Part shown: in pieces, positions 42,459 to 56,458 of the stretch
Numbering within the stretch: the stretch's first letter is position 1
Layout: every line of letters begins with the position of its first letter
NCBI GenBank assembly: GCA_951406725.2
Contig: OX597821.1
Coordinates: 32,116,001 to 32,180,000 of the forward strand
DNA: 64,000 nt
Direction: 5' to 3'
Source of the DNA: Octopus vulgaris
Lineage: Eukaryota
Made by a program: the position numbers and the translations under genes
Notes under the pieces: model-generated
Told to the model about the DNA's origin: nothing
What the model saw: the letters and a program-made list of their open reading frames with translations, nothing else
Database searches by the model: none

Positions 42459-42884
42459 GTTTCTTTATTGGCCACACAGGGCTGCACACAGATGGGACAA
42501 GTTACAAGGTAGAGCTTTTCTTTTGGGGGATGAAAAAAGGGGGTGGCGTAGGTTTTCGATCAAGAGGGATCGTAAAAGGGAAGAAAAGAATTTAAAAAAA
42601 GAAAAAAAAGAATAAAAAATAAAAAGAATAAAAGAAAAAAAAGAAAGGGGAAGGAACAAAAGAAAAGAGAAATGAAAAAAGAAGAAAAAGGGGAAGAAAA
42701 AGGGGAAGAGGAAAAAAAAAAGGAACGATCAATATGGATCGTGTATCACAGTGTTATGATATAAGTAAGGTTTATCCGTGGGAAGAAAAGCCTACGAAAA
42801 AGACCACGGTAACCTTGGTCAATATTGTTACATGTTACCACATTTGTTTGCAAGTGGGTAACCCTCTGTTTTCAATTTCTGGGT

Positions 42885-45800
42885 TCATAGGATTATGCTC
42901 AAGGTGGCTTCGTCATTCATACGTGCCATCCTTGCTACATTCACCCATCTTTTTTTAAAACATTCGCTAGACAAAACTTGCCTCTCTACTCTCACTTTCC
43001 TTTTCAAGTGGTACTTGAAGAAGTTGATGAGAGATTGACCAGAGAGGAAAGTGTTTGTCTCCAATCCTTTCAGACGCGTCCACCAGATACATTCTTTCGC
43101 CATAGCCACAAGGATGATGAAAATAGCTCTTCCTTCCCGTTTGAAGGAAAGAGGCGTGACAATATTGATGATAGACTCAGCTGATAAACCAACTCGTCCC
43201 ACACGTGACAGCAGTTGTTCGACACAAGCCCAAAGGTCGGAAATTGTTGGACACTGCACGAGTGCGTGCAGAACGGTTTCGTCGCTCTGACCGCATCTCG
43301 GGCAGGTCGGCCCCGTGTTTCTCGAGCCGTGTCTGTAGAGCTTATCCCGAACGGGTAGCGCTTCTCGGTAACACTGCCAGGCCAAGGATCTCTGGAAGTT
43401 GTCCATGGGCCCTGGCCCGAAAGTCGTCCTGAACAGGCGGGTCAGGTACTCCTCGTCGACGTCCAGGTTCGCCCCGAGCTCGTCGTCGTACCTCCCCTCC
43501 ATTAATCCCCTATAGAATGCTTTGGTTGTGTTGAAGTCACTCAAGGTCGACCCAGGACGGCAGAGTTGCTTGATAGCAACGCGACACTCGCGGTGCCATT
43601 CGCCCTTCCTCGGCCACTTTTTGATCCACGACTGCAGTTCGGTCATGGAGACGAGCTGCGGGAAAGCGTGCCTCACAAACGGCGACCACACCTGTTCACC
43701 GTCGTCTACATAGAGCCAGAGATGTCGCAGTCTCAGCGCGTGTCTGCGCATTATCAACCACGGCATGCCCAGCCCTCCTTTTAACGGGTGTTGACAGCAA
43801 ATGGATCGCCTGACCATCGGGACGCATCCTTTCCACAAGAAGCGAAAGAGAATGCGTTGTAGTTTGGTGATGGTAGGGTCGGGACAAGGTACGGCGGTCA
43901 GGCGGTAGTAGATGACGGACGCGATGTACGTGTTCACCACCTCCGCCCGACCTTTTAGGGACAGTTTCCTCTCGGCCCATTGCCGGGCGAGAGTGACCAC
44001 CCTACTCGTTATCTCGTTCCAGTTCTTCTCCACTTGGAGGTCCGGACCAAACCAGACCCCGAGCAACTCAACCGGGCCGTCGGTCCAGCGTCCCACGACG
44101 GAGGCGCTGGTGGACGGCATGGGCTTGCTTCTCCAGGTGCCTAGTCGCAAGCCCACTGACTTTTCCCGGTTGATTTTCGCTCCTGTCACCGCTTCGTAGT
44201 TTTTCAGTGTCTCGCCGACCTGCTCGATGTGCTCGTGGCTAGACACTATGACGGTGACGTCGTCTGCGCATGCAGACACGCTCGTCCCACATCCCAGTTC
44301 TTGCGGGATGCCCCTCAAAGTTGCCAGCTTCCGCAATAATGGCCCGAGAGTCAATACGTATAGAAGCGACGAGAGGGGCATCCCTGACGGACCGAACGTG
44401 CGATGTCGAAGGGTCTCGATAGATGTCCATTCACGCGAATTACCGAACGGATGCCTCTGTACAAAGCGGCTATCCAGCCGCGGAAGGCGGGACCGAAGCC
44501 AGCCGCTCTGAGGACCGCCTCCAAGTATCGATGGTCTACCCTATCGAAAGCTTTCGATTGATACAAATTGATCAGCGCCCCACCCATGCCAGGTTCGCTA
44601 ACTACCCTGTCTATAATGTAGCGCATCAGGTGGAGGTTGTCATGGATGGTCCGGCCTGGCACGGCGCATGTTTGCGCCTTGTCGACCAGTTTCTCGATGA
44701 CAAGCGCCAACCTCTTGGCTAGCACCTTGGCCAAAATTTTCAAGTCTGCATTAAGCAGAGTGATGGGCCTAAAGTTATCTATTACATTTCCCTTGTTTAG
44801 ATCTTTCTTCAGCATTGTTACGGCTCCTCGGCTCAGAAAACCAGGAATGCTCCCGTTTTGCTGCCAGTTGCAGTACACCACCGCCAAGAGATCTCCAAAC
44901 AAGTCTGGCATACAATTGTAAAGCTCGTAGGGTAGACCATCCAAACCCGGTGATTTGTCCCTCGAGCATTCTGCCATCGCGTCCTGCACTTCCGCCACCG
45001 TGATGGCACTTTCGCAGCACCCTGCCTTTCTTGTCGAGAGTCGTGGTAGGCTATGTAGGTAGGCACTGAAGTCCACCCTACGTTCTTGCCCTCCACTCGT
45101 CCCGAACAGTCGGGCAAAATGCTGCTGAAAGGCCTCACACATTTTACTTGGCTCGAGCAATTCGCGTCCCTGTTCATCTACCAGGGACCGAATGGTGGCT
45201 TTGTTGCCCTGTTGCGCCTCTGCCACCCGGGCCTCTCTCGCGGCTCCAACACCTTCGTTCCTTAGAGCACGCATCCTAGCTCTGACAGCACATCCTTCGT
45301 GTTTGGCGTTGAAGTGTTGGTCGAGGGCCAACCTCGCCGCCAAAACGTCGGATACGATGCCGCTTCTAATTGCCTCTTCTAGCTTCTTAACTAGCTCACC
45401 CTCTACTCTGTTTCTATCTATGGTTAGTGCTTTGCTGTACCTAATCGCTTCTGCTTTTACTGCTCTCTTGAGGGCAAACCACCATTTGTTGTTGATGATG
45501 GCTCCCGTCAAAGCCCTCTTTACTAATGTGCTAATCCGGTCTCTGAAAACCTGTCTCGATGGGAAAGACGCGTTTAGTTTCCAGTATCCGGGACCCTGCC
45601 TAAGTGTCTTACCTAAGTCTAGCGTACATGTCACAAGTTTCTGATCCGTGTAGCTGACTATGTGGAATTGTGGACATCCTATGCTATCTCTGTCTACTGT
45701 CCTACACAGTATCCTATCTAGATACGATCTCGACGACCCGATGCGGTTAATCCATGTCCACGTTGGCGCATTCGGGTGGTCTAGTCGGAACCTGTCAGAC

Positions 45801-46321
45801 AGTTGAAAGCGTCTGAGCAGGTCTCTGAGGCATTTGCATCCCCGTCTATTCCTATCTCTACCCACGTAGTCTACATGCGTGTCCAATGTAGCATTCCAAT
45901 CCCCCACTAAGAGTAAAGGACGAGACGTTCCCAAGAATACTTCTAGACGTTGAAAGAAATCCGCCCGACCTGTTAAGGGCGGTGCGTAGACTGATACGAG
46001 TCGAAAAGCGCACCCATTGCTGCCGTCGATATCCAGGACGACCAGTCTACCCTCCGGGTCTACGAATATTGTCTTTACTTTGAGATCCAGACACTTGCGA
46101 AAAAGTACCGCGGTGCCACTACCGCCCATTCTCGGGAGACAGGGGGAAAAATAAATGTTGAACTGTCCGCCAAACATGGTCTTTAGGGCCCGCGGATTGT
46201 GGAGTCTGGTCTCACTTATGGCTATGATTTCTAACTTATGTGACTTTATGTCATTTAAGAGGTACCCTTGTTTCCAAGGGGACCCCAAGCCACGCGCATT
46301 TACACAACCAATCTTGATCAT
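42885..46321 (-). pseudogene. Tx1 ORF2 (apurinic-like endonuclease + reverse transcriptase + Zn motif), frameshifted
   Basis: APE motifs NARGL, ISET, VYAP, GDWNA, SYLDRI. RT motifs KSPGLDGLPYE, NFRPITLLNADLKILAK, KAFDRVDH, SVRQGCP/LSSLLY, ADD. C-terminal CPRC..ETVLHALVQC. There is a 1-nt loss in the C-run at ~44375-44380, and degenerate catalytic residues (INLYQSK for D, CADD for YADD, TDQ for SDH). Confidence 0.93.
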
Positions 46322-46430
46322 AGTCCTAATGAATTACAATACAAGTGAAAGGAACAGAGGGTTACTTACTGCTCGAAAGTTTTTGCTTTCTCCTCCTTTG
46401 GTTTGTCCTCGAGGAGATCTCAGTACAGTT

Positions 46431-48378
46431 TCATTGTGAGATATTTTTGGCATTTACCAACCGCACTGGGGAAAATGCCTTTGAGTGTGTGGTGCAGACT
46501 TTTGGAGATGTGTAATATTTTGATGTGGTCTGGTGGTGTTGTGTATGGGTGATTTTTTTTTTCCTGTCATCTTCTGTTATGTTTGTTTTTGATTGGATGT
46601 ATTCCATCAAATTTGTGTTTTTGGTGTCTATAGCTGTGAGCATGTTTGCTGTATATATTTTTGTGGTGTTGGTGTGGCTGTTGTTTGTGTTGGGTTTTGA
46701 AATGTCTTCGGGAGATGTATTTCCCCCTGCTTTGTTCGTGTTTGCATTTGGTTTGGTTGTGTTTCTGCTCTTTATTTTCCTTCTTTTTGTAGCTATTTGC
46801 AATTCCTCACTGGTTTCGTCTTCCGACGAAATTTCTGAGGAATCAGTAGGGGTAGGGGTATGTTGTAGGCTTCTATGTATGTCTGTGTAAGTGGTTGTGT
46901 TGTTGTTTTCGTTGTTGTTGGTTGTTGAGTGTTTGTGTGTGTTGAGTGCGGTATAAGGGATGGGGGATCAGTTTGTGTGTGTTTTTCTTTGTTTTTCTGT
47001 TCCTTTGGTTCTTGCTGTTGTTGGTGGTGTTGGTATTTTTTCAGGTGATGAGTGGTTTTTGGTTGATGACGGATTAGCTTGGTGTGCTTCTCTTGTCGTC
47101 TTCTGTGTTGATGGTGGTGTGGGTAGTAGAGCTTTTTTTCCGGAGTGCTTTGGTTGTGGTAGTGGTTGTTGTTGTTGCTCTTGGTGTGCAGTGGTTGGGC
47201 ACGTCTTTTTCAGGTGTGTTTCGCTTCCACACAAATAGCAGCGTGGTCGCCTGCCCTCTACCACTACATAGAGTTTGTAGCCTCCTGGCAGTTCTATAGT
47301 GGTGGGTATCTTCTCTCTTGCTGCTTCATCCAATTGAAGCAGGAATTCGATTGATTTGCCCACATAGTCTTTCTCTCCTAGAACAGCGATTTCAAGGATG
47401 TTTGTCTCTGACATTGTCTCTGTCATTTCAAAGCAGATGGCAGAGACTAACCATTGTGTTTCGACTTCAAGTGGTATATTTTTTATTTGGACTTTCGTGA
47501 CCCTTTTGTTTAAATAGACTGGTATCATTACCAAGTCGTCCGAATGCAGCTCCAATGTGGAAAAACGTTTTGCTAAATTTTCGTTGAGGAAACGTACTTG
47601 GACTGTACCAAATTTGTTTCCCCAACTGATATATTCCTTGGAGTCCCATGCAGGACGAAGGCATTTTTCGATTTTTTCCTGCGGTGCATTTTCTGTTCTT
47701 CTTGTTTTCTTGTTTATTACTTTATAAATTATTGTTTTTTTTTTGTGTGTTTTCCACGATGTGTTGTGGAATGTGAAGGTGCAATTTGTCTCCTTCTTTG
47801 GTGAAGAGTGCTTTTGTGCGGTTTATTTCTTGTGTGGTGAATTTTACAATTGTTCTTTTTTGTTTTGTCACATCCGCAAAATTCGTCTTAAATTTGACGG
47901 TGTTAGAAGCAGGGTTAGTTGTAGCAGTTGAAGTCGTGGTAGTGGTGTTGGTATTGGCGGTGTTAGCCGCAGGAGGGTTAGTTGTAGCAGTTGAAGTCGT
48001 AGTGGTGGTGATGGTGATGGTGTTGCCGGTGTTGTTTTTGGTAGGCGGCTTTGTGCCCATTTCGTTGTTGTTGTTGGTGGTGGTGATGGTGGTGGTACTG
48101 GCATTCATGTTTTCGTCTGTATTCATTTTTGAAATCCCCTTCTCCGTCCTTTTATCACCGACAAGTGGTGTAGGGAGTGGGGGGAAATCTAAGTTAATGT
48201 CTTTGGTCGCGGCGATGGTGAATGCGACGTTAGTTTTGTTGTTGTTGTTGGTGGTGGTGATGGTGGTGACAGCGGTGTTCAAGCTGCGAGGTTTAGCAGC
48301 TAGTGGTAGCAATAGTGTTTCGCTACCGTTCTGCATGACTGGCGGGCTAGCCACGTGGTTTCTAGTTGCCATTTTCAA
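46431..48378 (-). pseudogene. Tx1 ORF1 (gag-like nucleic-acid-binding protein), disrupted
   Basis: ORF pieces 48378-47722, 47555-46968 and 46802-46431 join into one frame if one A is removed from the A10 run at ~47735-47744 and the TGA at 46968-46970 is read through. Contains the VVEGRRPRCYLCGSETHLKKTCP zinc knuckle and Thr/Asn-rich linkers. Confidence 0.85.
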
Positions 48379-48590
48379 AATGAAAAATGGCTAAAAAAAC
48401 CAACGAAAGTTTTGAAAGTTTCTGGTAATTTCGCCCATACAGGGGCGGAATTCTACGTGAGTAATTCTCAGGTTTTTTAGTGAATGAACTTGCACAACGA
48501 TTAAAACAAAATATTTGACAACAAGGAGTTTTAAACATGTAAAAGTGGCCAACTTACGTGGAGCCGATATGACTAGCGTCCGTCCATTGT

Positions 48591-48602
48591 GAGAGATAGA
48601 AT

Positions 48603-48688
<86 letters not shown>
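48591..48688. repeat. (GATA)n right flank of the Tx1 element (left flank 42340-42457)
   Basis: Direct reading. Confidence 0.95.
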
Positions 48689-48690
<2 letters not shown>

Positions 48691-49019
48691 AGATACCGTA
48701 GGTTATCAACTGTTAATGAAACAAACATTGCAGTTGATTCTAGCGTGTATCAGTATTGTACTTGTTAAAGATCTCCGAAAATAGGCTCTGACATTTTTCA
48801 ATAACTAATTCTACAGATCAGTAGTCGTAATTGATTACACTAAGTGTACAAGAATGCACCAAACATTTATGTGTAGATATAAGTTCATCTTCCGCACGAA
48901 CATACACACACACACACACACATACAAACACACACACATACACACACATGGTAGTACACGGTTGCGTGCACCGCGATAGCTACCAGTGACCTTCATGAGG
49001 CAGTGTGGCGAGTGACATC

Positions 49020-49750
49020 ACAGTGTTTACTTCAAAAGCTGCGAAATTTGCCTCTCTGTCAACACGTGTATGCTGTAGTCTGCGATTTTTGTCATGAACA
49101 GGAAGTTGGAAGAAAGAGCCGATGTGAAATTTTGCGTTAAACTTTGTAAATCTGTTACAGATTCAATGAGCTAGCTTCGGGAAACTTACGGTGACGTCGC
49201 AATATATCGTGAGAAATGACCTGTGTGGTACGGGCGCTTCAGAAACGTAACAACATCCTTGGAAGACGATGGGCGATCTGAAAGACCTACAACGAGCTTC
49301 TCAACCGCAAGCGTAGGGAAAATTCGTCAGCTTGTGCATGTGGACCATAGGAGGACAATCAACAACGTTTTGAAACGTTTGAGGGAGGAGATTCGGCGAA
49401 AGCTACAGGATCCGTGGATCGGTAATTATTGGATTATTTATGACGTCAATGCATCCTGTCACTGAGCTCTCCTCGCTCGTGATTTTCTTGCCAAAATCAA
49501 CATGGCATCGCTTCGGCAACCACCATCTTCGTTAGATTTAGCACCTGCGAATTTCCCTCTCTTCCCCATGATGAAAACGCAAAACAAATATCGCTGTGGA
49601 GATCCAGGTCGAATCGCAGAAGGTCCTCGACTGGCTTATGGAAAAAAGACTTCCAGGCTTGATTCTAAATGTGGCTGGAGTGCTGGGTCCGATGTATTAC
49701 TGCACAAGGGGAGCATTTCGAAGAAGATTATCTTAAAATTTAAGTAAATA
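49020..49750 (+). mobile_element. Mariner-like transposase fossil with internal deletion
   Basis: WYGRFRN..SLEDDGRSERP, DVNASCH (HDNAxxH), PPSSLDLAPANFPLFP (YSPDLAP). Confidence 0.8.
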
Positions 49751-49945
49751 GCTTTTTTATACTACCTCTTACGTATTAATTTATACACAAAAATACATGT
49801 GTGTGTGTGTGTATAAATATCAAACAAAGAGAATGAGTACTTAAATCCGCATTAGTAAAGACTATTTATTTGTGTATAGTGGCCACTATTGGTGTTGTTG
49901 TTGTTGCTGTGTGTGTGTGAAAGTATAAAAATGAGGTTTCAAATA

Positions 49946-50022
49946 TACTACACTTGTTTCGGTATCATTTTATCGATGCATTCTTAGATTACATCATAGC
50001 AACAGTGCACCGTTATCAGGTA
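49946..50022 (-). ncRNA. Degenerate hammerhead motif
   Basis: TAC-CTGATAA-CGGT...ACC-GAAAC AAGT G-TA-GTA, with the core CTGATGA changed to CTGATAA. Confidence 0.45.
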
Positions 50023-50618
50023 AAGATTTAAACTGTATAAATAGACAAGATAAATCTAGTACGTGATTTCTTTACCAACTAACATGAAGAGTAAGTGGTA
50101 TTTAAAAAACAGAACAATGGAATTTATAGATAAAATGAACTAGTAAACAAATATTCTAAGAAATACGAGGTCACAACAATCTTATTCTTTCAAGTTTCAA
50201 TCTTATTTACTTTATAGACGTGATCGATTTTGGTATATTCAACCATATACCCATGCACTACTACAAACATGGTCCCACCTTTTACGACTATTGGAGCGCC
50301 AGCTTCCAGCAGTAACCATAAATAGTGCAGTTGAAATCTAATGAATTTAATTTCTTAGAAATTAACCCCTCTACGGATGATGTCAGTTAACAAACGCTTC
50401 CGTAGATTTGTTTATCGGTCGCCACTATGTTGAATGACAACCCTGTCGTGGAGAGGGAGAGGCAACCAAGTAGTTGTTTATAAGATGACTGCTTGAAACT
50501 CTGAAAGTTTTGACTAACACCAGTATAATAGTATAATACAGAAGGCTGTGCGACTTTTACCTAAGAATGTAACTTAATAAAGTAAAAATATAAGACAAAG
50601 TTGTGTAGGCCTATAGGC

Positions 50619-50740
50619 CGACTTACGACCAAATCCACTTACGACCAAATCCACTTACGATCAAATCGACGTACGACCAAATCGACTTACGACTAGACGG
50701 TCGGAAACAATTCTGGCGATAAGTCCATGACGAACTGTAT
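50619..50740. repeat. 16-bp tandem repeat (about x4.5, ACTTACGACCAAATC(C/G)) at a probable pogo/Tigger-like transposon end
   Basis: The repeated GACTTACGA motif and terminal ..AACTGTA resemble Tigger-type subterminal repeats. Confidence 0.55.
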
Positions 50741-51495
50741 AATATGATATAGATTATAAACAAAATATATGATGCAATACGTTAATAAAGATATAATAAA
50801 TAAATAACAGACATTGAGTTTGAAAGCCATACATTGGACTATGAAATATTCCACTATCTATGAGATGAAAATTTAGTGGAGTAGTATAATAATGCGTAAT
50901 TACGAGGCCTTTTACTATGGTTTTTTTTATATATAAGTAATATGTTAATCAAACGATACCTACTGACCTACATGATATGCATAACTACATTAGAGGATGC
51001 ACACAAACGTTAGTGGATTAGGCAACTGATTTACAACATGCAAATGTGTTATTGAATATTATGTAAGCATTATATATGGTCACATACTCAAATGCTTCGA
51101 TTGTTGGTTTTTTTAAAATATCAATTTTTCATCATGTTACTTGGTGAAAACCTCATGGTCTACTTTTGCTTTGACTGTTTTAGGTGTACTTAAATTTTAC
51201 CTGAGGATTGTATATTACTTTTTTTTATGAATCGGTCTAAGAATGCATGAATATAATGCTGTGGGAACAACTGTGCTATACATACATACATAAACACATA
51301 GATATCTGCAGTACTGCAGTATACTACCAAAGAATGATACCTAATGGTTATTGCATCTTAGTGTGAACTCAGTGGTATGGTACCCAACCAGTTCTGGCTT
51401 CCTACTTGTTTATATGCTTAGATTTTCATCAATCTTATAGTTAACCTATATATACATACACAGATACACATATACATAGATACATACACACAAAC

Positions 51496-51545
<50 letters not shown>

Positions 51546-51673
51546 ATGTCTGTGTTTGTGTGTAATGAGGGAGATAAATTGAATATTAATTTAATTAATA
51601 TCAATTTAAAACCAGTAGCCTAGCATACAAAAATCGGAAAAATCAGAGAAAATTCTAATACATGTGTATATAA

Positions 51674-51731
<58 letters not shown>

Positions 51732-51806
51732 CGTATATGCATATATATATATGCATATAGATATATATCGTCTCCTAAATGTTTTACGCATTTGTGTTCC
51801 AGTTTG

Positions 51807-51871
<65 letters not shown>

Positions 51872-52499
51872 ATGTATGTATATTGTATATATTATTTTGT
51901 CGTCTCATTGTTGACGCCACTATGAGATTCAAGTGAGAACTCTTCTATTGGTATTTTGGCTGATTTTATTTACCATGAATTGTGCTCGTTACTTTGTTTA
52001 TGGCTATTGTTTTCTTCAGACGTTTTGCACTTTTGTGTTATTATGATGTTGTATATGAAGTAGTTATATATGTAGTCTTTCATGTCTAAATTGAGATGTT
52101 ATTCTTATTCTTGATACGTTGCCTTCTATATTGTTTGTCACTATATGATTTTTCTCATGTGCTGCTTTCATTCAGTTATTTTTTCTGAAATTATCTATTA
52201 CTATACCGTTTCTTGTATCTCTAATTGTCCTCGCCCTCCGTCTGCCTGTCTGTCTCGCTCTCTTTTACCCTTTCTTTTTCTCTCTCTCTTTATCTCTCTA
52301 TTTTTCTCTCACTCTCTCTCTCTTTCTCTTTTTCCTGTATCCGAATCAATTTTGGTACAAAGCGTATTATATGTTTTCTGTTGCTTTCACTTTCACATTT
52401 TTTGTTTCGGTAGTTGATCTCTATGTGCCTGTTGATCTTGAAATTTCCTTTCTTGTTTTGACAACGATATATATCCATCTACTTCATATAAATATATCA

Positions 52500-52880
52500 C
52501 TAAAGACAGTTTCATAATACATTGAAGCATGTTGAATTTTATATCAGATCATTAAGAACGAAATGTCCGATTTTCATATGCACCAAGTTTGACAGTGTTT
52601 TATCCTGACAATTCTTTGTTTCACAACATTGAAGAGTTGCTTCATCACTTGTCGAAGTGCATTTCATGGTGTCTGATTATTTTGTGAGTTTTCTCTTGTA
52701 GATGAATTTTTATGAACCCATGGACAGATCAAAAATTCGTGTCGTTTATGAATATGAGTTCTGTCGCATAACCAATGCATCCCAGACAGCTCGAAACATC
52801 AATGAAGTGATTGATGAAGATGTGGCGAATGAGTGCACTGTACGTCGTTGGTTTGAGAAAATCTAGTATGGTGATTTTAC
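52500..52880 (+). mobile_element. Mariner-like 5' fragment
   Basis: MDRSKIRVVYEYEFCRITNASQTARNINEVIDEDVANECTVRRWFEK (HTH region) at 52720-52862. Confidence 0.8.
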
Positions 52881-53314
52881 CCTTCTATATTTAAGAGATG
52901 AGGAATTATGTGCATTATTTACATTATTTACATTATATACATTCAACGGATGGTTGTCCTCATCTTGTTTGTTGAGGGTCCTTCTCAAACTCATCGAGTA
53001 GCTTCCTGAGTTTACGTTGGTGTGGGTATTTTATTATATGGAATTTTTTTAAATTCTACATTTTTGAGGATATTATATAAATCTTCTTTACTGATAGTTG
53101 CGGAGTTCCTGTAGTATCTCCAACGGAAGAGTACCACAACTCCGGATGACAACAGGCAACCTAAACTGCGCTGGTGTTCTACTCAACATTTAAACACACT
53201 AATTTGATCATACGTTTTTGTCCAAATTATCTGTTATATGTGTGTGTGTGTGTGTGTTAGATATATCGATTGATCGGTCGATAGATCGATCGACATATAT
53301 ATATAGAGAGAGAT

Positions 53315-53537
<223 letters not shown>

Positions 53538-54188
53538 CATTTCTTGTATAAATACATGTGTCGTTACATGCGTGTGATAAAATGTATGTTAAATGTGATC
53601 TCCGCAGCGGTCTCACAGATTCGCTAGCCATCGCTACGTCACCGTTCACCATTCTTTTTCACACGTAGGAATAGTTAACGATTACTTTCTAATTAGAATC
53701 ACCGTTCGAGATAATGATGAAGGTGAAAATTAATGCATTTTCGAATAAAATATAGTTCTCGAACGATGAATTGCAATGTTATCTGTGTAAATAGATATAA
53801 ATAGTTATTAAAACTATTGAGCAAATTAATAGCAGAAATAGTGGCCTTCCATAACAGATGTCTCAATTATAAGACGAATTGTGTACATTGCTATTCTCCA
53901 TATCAAATTCACATTTAGTTTCATATTTTCTTTATATATTTTTCTTTATATATAACGTATATTTAATGAATTTTATTCAAATAAATTACTAAATTACTAG
54001 CATGCCTATGTCAGCAAATACGAAGACAATTTTATTATTAATAGAAAATGGCACGTTGACGTAATGGGGAAAACCATGTCAGTAATCTAGTAAGTATTTA
54101 TATGTACACTGAATTGAAGCACTTGAAGAATCAGAATTGATTGTAATGTCTCGGTTGAAAATTTAACCCACATGATTTATGCGTGTAT

Positions 54189-54295
<107 letters not shown>

Positions 54296-55210
54296 CAGGG
54301 GCTGGACAAAATAATGGAAACACCTAGCATCATAATATCATAAATTTGAGGTAGCTATAAAACCGCCAAAGTCTTGGTTATTTTTAGGTATTTTGATATA
54401 TTATTAGTGTTTCTTAATATGTTTTGCTAAAGTTGCTCTTTCTTTTCGGATATATTCAGAAAAAATTATTAAAATTCATTAAAATAAAAGATCTATCGGC
54501 CTTACAGAGAGGTCAAATTGTCGGTGTTCGTATGTCAGGCGATTGCGTAACGAAAACAGCCGAAATGTTTGGTGTATCTGGAAGTACTGTCTCCAAAGTA
54601 ATGACAGCCTTTGAGAAAGAGGGTTAAACTTCCTCGTCGAAGCAAAACACCAGAAGAAAACCAAAACTTTCAGATAGGGATCGTCGGACTCGTACGCGAA
54701 TTGTTAGAAAGGATCACAAAAGTACAGCTCCCAAAATTGCTGAAGAGTTTAATGATCACCTCGAGAACCCAGTTTCCACAAAACGTTTTCGCCGGGAACT
54801 GTGCAAGGCCGGATTTTACGGGAGGACTACAATCAGAAAGCCACTGCTTACAAAAACAAACTTTGCAAAGCGTTTAGAGTGGGGTAAAAACCTACTGCAT
54901 CGTTCCCTAGAGCAGTGGAAGAATGTTATTTTCTCGGACGAGTCATCCTTTACCTTATTTCTGAGCACCAGCCGAGTATACATGTGGAGTCTGCCAAATG
55001 AAGCATCTGACCCAGGCTACCTTCTTCTAACTGTTAAAAATGGAGGAGGATCTGAAATGATCTAGGTGGCTATATCTTGGAAATCCGCCGGCCCAATGGT
55101 GTCCATTCATGGCAGAATTAATAGCCGAGATTAAGTATTTTATCAGATCAAATTCATCCTATGGTTGTGGAACTGTTTCCGGAGGGAAACACAACCTGTC
55201 AGGATGATAA
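54296..55210 (+). mobile_element. Tc1-like transposon, left TIR + decayed transposase, 3'-truncated
   Basis: TA|CAGGGGCTGGACAAAATAATGGAAACACC. Transposase motifs DLSALQRGQIVG..STVSKVM, RKPLL..KRLEW, WKNVIFSDESSF, TVKNGGGS, QDD. Confidence 0.9.
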
Positions 55211-56406
55211 ACATCTTGTTTTAAGTTTTCCTTTAACAAACTTTATGATATTGCTTCTAATAAATCTTGATTTTTTTTACTATACCAACTATGATGTGTG
55301 TCCGCTCCTTGAGCCCTACCCCTAACATATACTACCCTCTGTTGTACTCTCAGCCTTAAATATACAAAGACTTGATAAACTAGTCTATAAATTAAAACTA
55401 ACCCCATAAAAAACAAACAAAATCAGTGACAGGCAGAGTCTGTAACAATGTATATCTTCATGATAACTTAGTAACTTCCGTGCTTGAGTGGAGGCAGCAC
55501 GTTCTTTGTCTATCTCCTTAACTTCTTGGAGATTTTAGGCATATTTATATGAATGTGTCCATCTGTTCTAATTTAATTAAATTCTATGTCTTTCTGCAGC
55601 TGAGGATTGCATTGCATTTTAAATCGATGTAATGACTGCATTGTTCAATAACCACGGCCTTAGAATAACACATACACACACGCAAGTATTACAAATGATA
55701 CACTCAAGAGATTTTCAAGAATTCATTAAAAACAGCCCCAATCACTGCTGTAATCCATAACGAGTCACTTTAAGTCACTTGACCATTTAACATCCTACTA
55801 ATATCACACCACTTACATTCCTTCGTATTCTCCCTTCTCTTTCTCCTTCTTCCTCCTCTTCTTCTTCTCCGCCACCTCCTTCCTAACTTTACCACTATTG
55901 TTGTTTAGAACACCTACGCAAATTTTATAAACAAAATATGCAAAAGAGATATCTCAAGAACTCAATTACTGCTACCATCCACAAGTCACTTTCAGGGAAC
56001 TTGACCATTTAACATCGTGATACTATCATTGTGCTCCCGCATTCTTCTTCTCCCCTTCTTCTTCTTTTTCTTCTTTTCCTCCATCTCTTCCTCCTCCTCC
56101 ACCTCCTTCTTCTTCTTCTTCTTCTTCTTCTTCTTCTTCTTCTTCTTCTTCTTCTTCTTCTTCTTCTTCTGCTTCTTCTTCTCTGCCAAGAATTCACAAG
56201 AGTAAAAAGAGAGACAGAGACATGCAGAAACAAGGAAAATGTCCCTTGTATTTGAATACTATGCAAATAAACTTTTTAAAAAATGCTTTTCTTTTGATTT
56301 TCACAAAATTCAATCGTTTTCCCCACTTACAGTTGAAAAAGTCTCAATGACTGAAACCGGTACTGAAATATATTTTATAAAAAATTTTCTACCCTGACTT
56401 TTTTCC

Positions 56407-56455
<49 letters not shown>

Positions 56456-56458
<3 letters not shown>

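Larger units (their letters stand above)
42458..48590 (-). mobile_element. Full-length Tx1-group (L1 clade) non-LTR retrotransposon inserted in (GATA)n
   Basis: 5'UTR, then ORF1 (CCHC knuckle), ORF2 (APE endonuclease, RT, C-terminal Zn motif) and a 3'UTR ending AATAAAGAAACT directly into (TATC)n. (GATA)n lies on both flanks. Confidence 0.93.

Noticed and set aside
44262-44273. YADD>CADD is a TAC>TGC (A-to-G) change, which tempts an A-to-I editing explanation
   Set aside because: A single transition cannot be told apart from ordinary mutation without a consensus showing clustered A-to-G changes.
45192-48394. Plus-strand ORFs (150 aa, 121 aa, 202 aa) overlapping the Tx1 element, and 62412-63002
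   Set aside because: They are antisense shadows of codon-biased or low-complexity ORF1 and ORF2.
50619-50693. Regular 16-bp repeats resembling CRISPR or iterons
   Set aside because: There are no spacers, the context is eukaryotic, and the pattern fits DNA-transposon subterminal repeats.
55700-56100. Diverged ~130-bp direct repeat, each copy followed by a CTT-rich tract
   Set aside because: It is real but looks like an old local duplication with no further structure.
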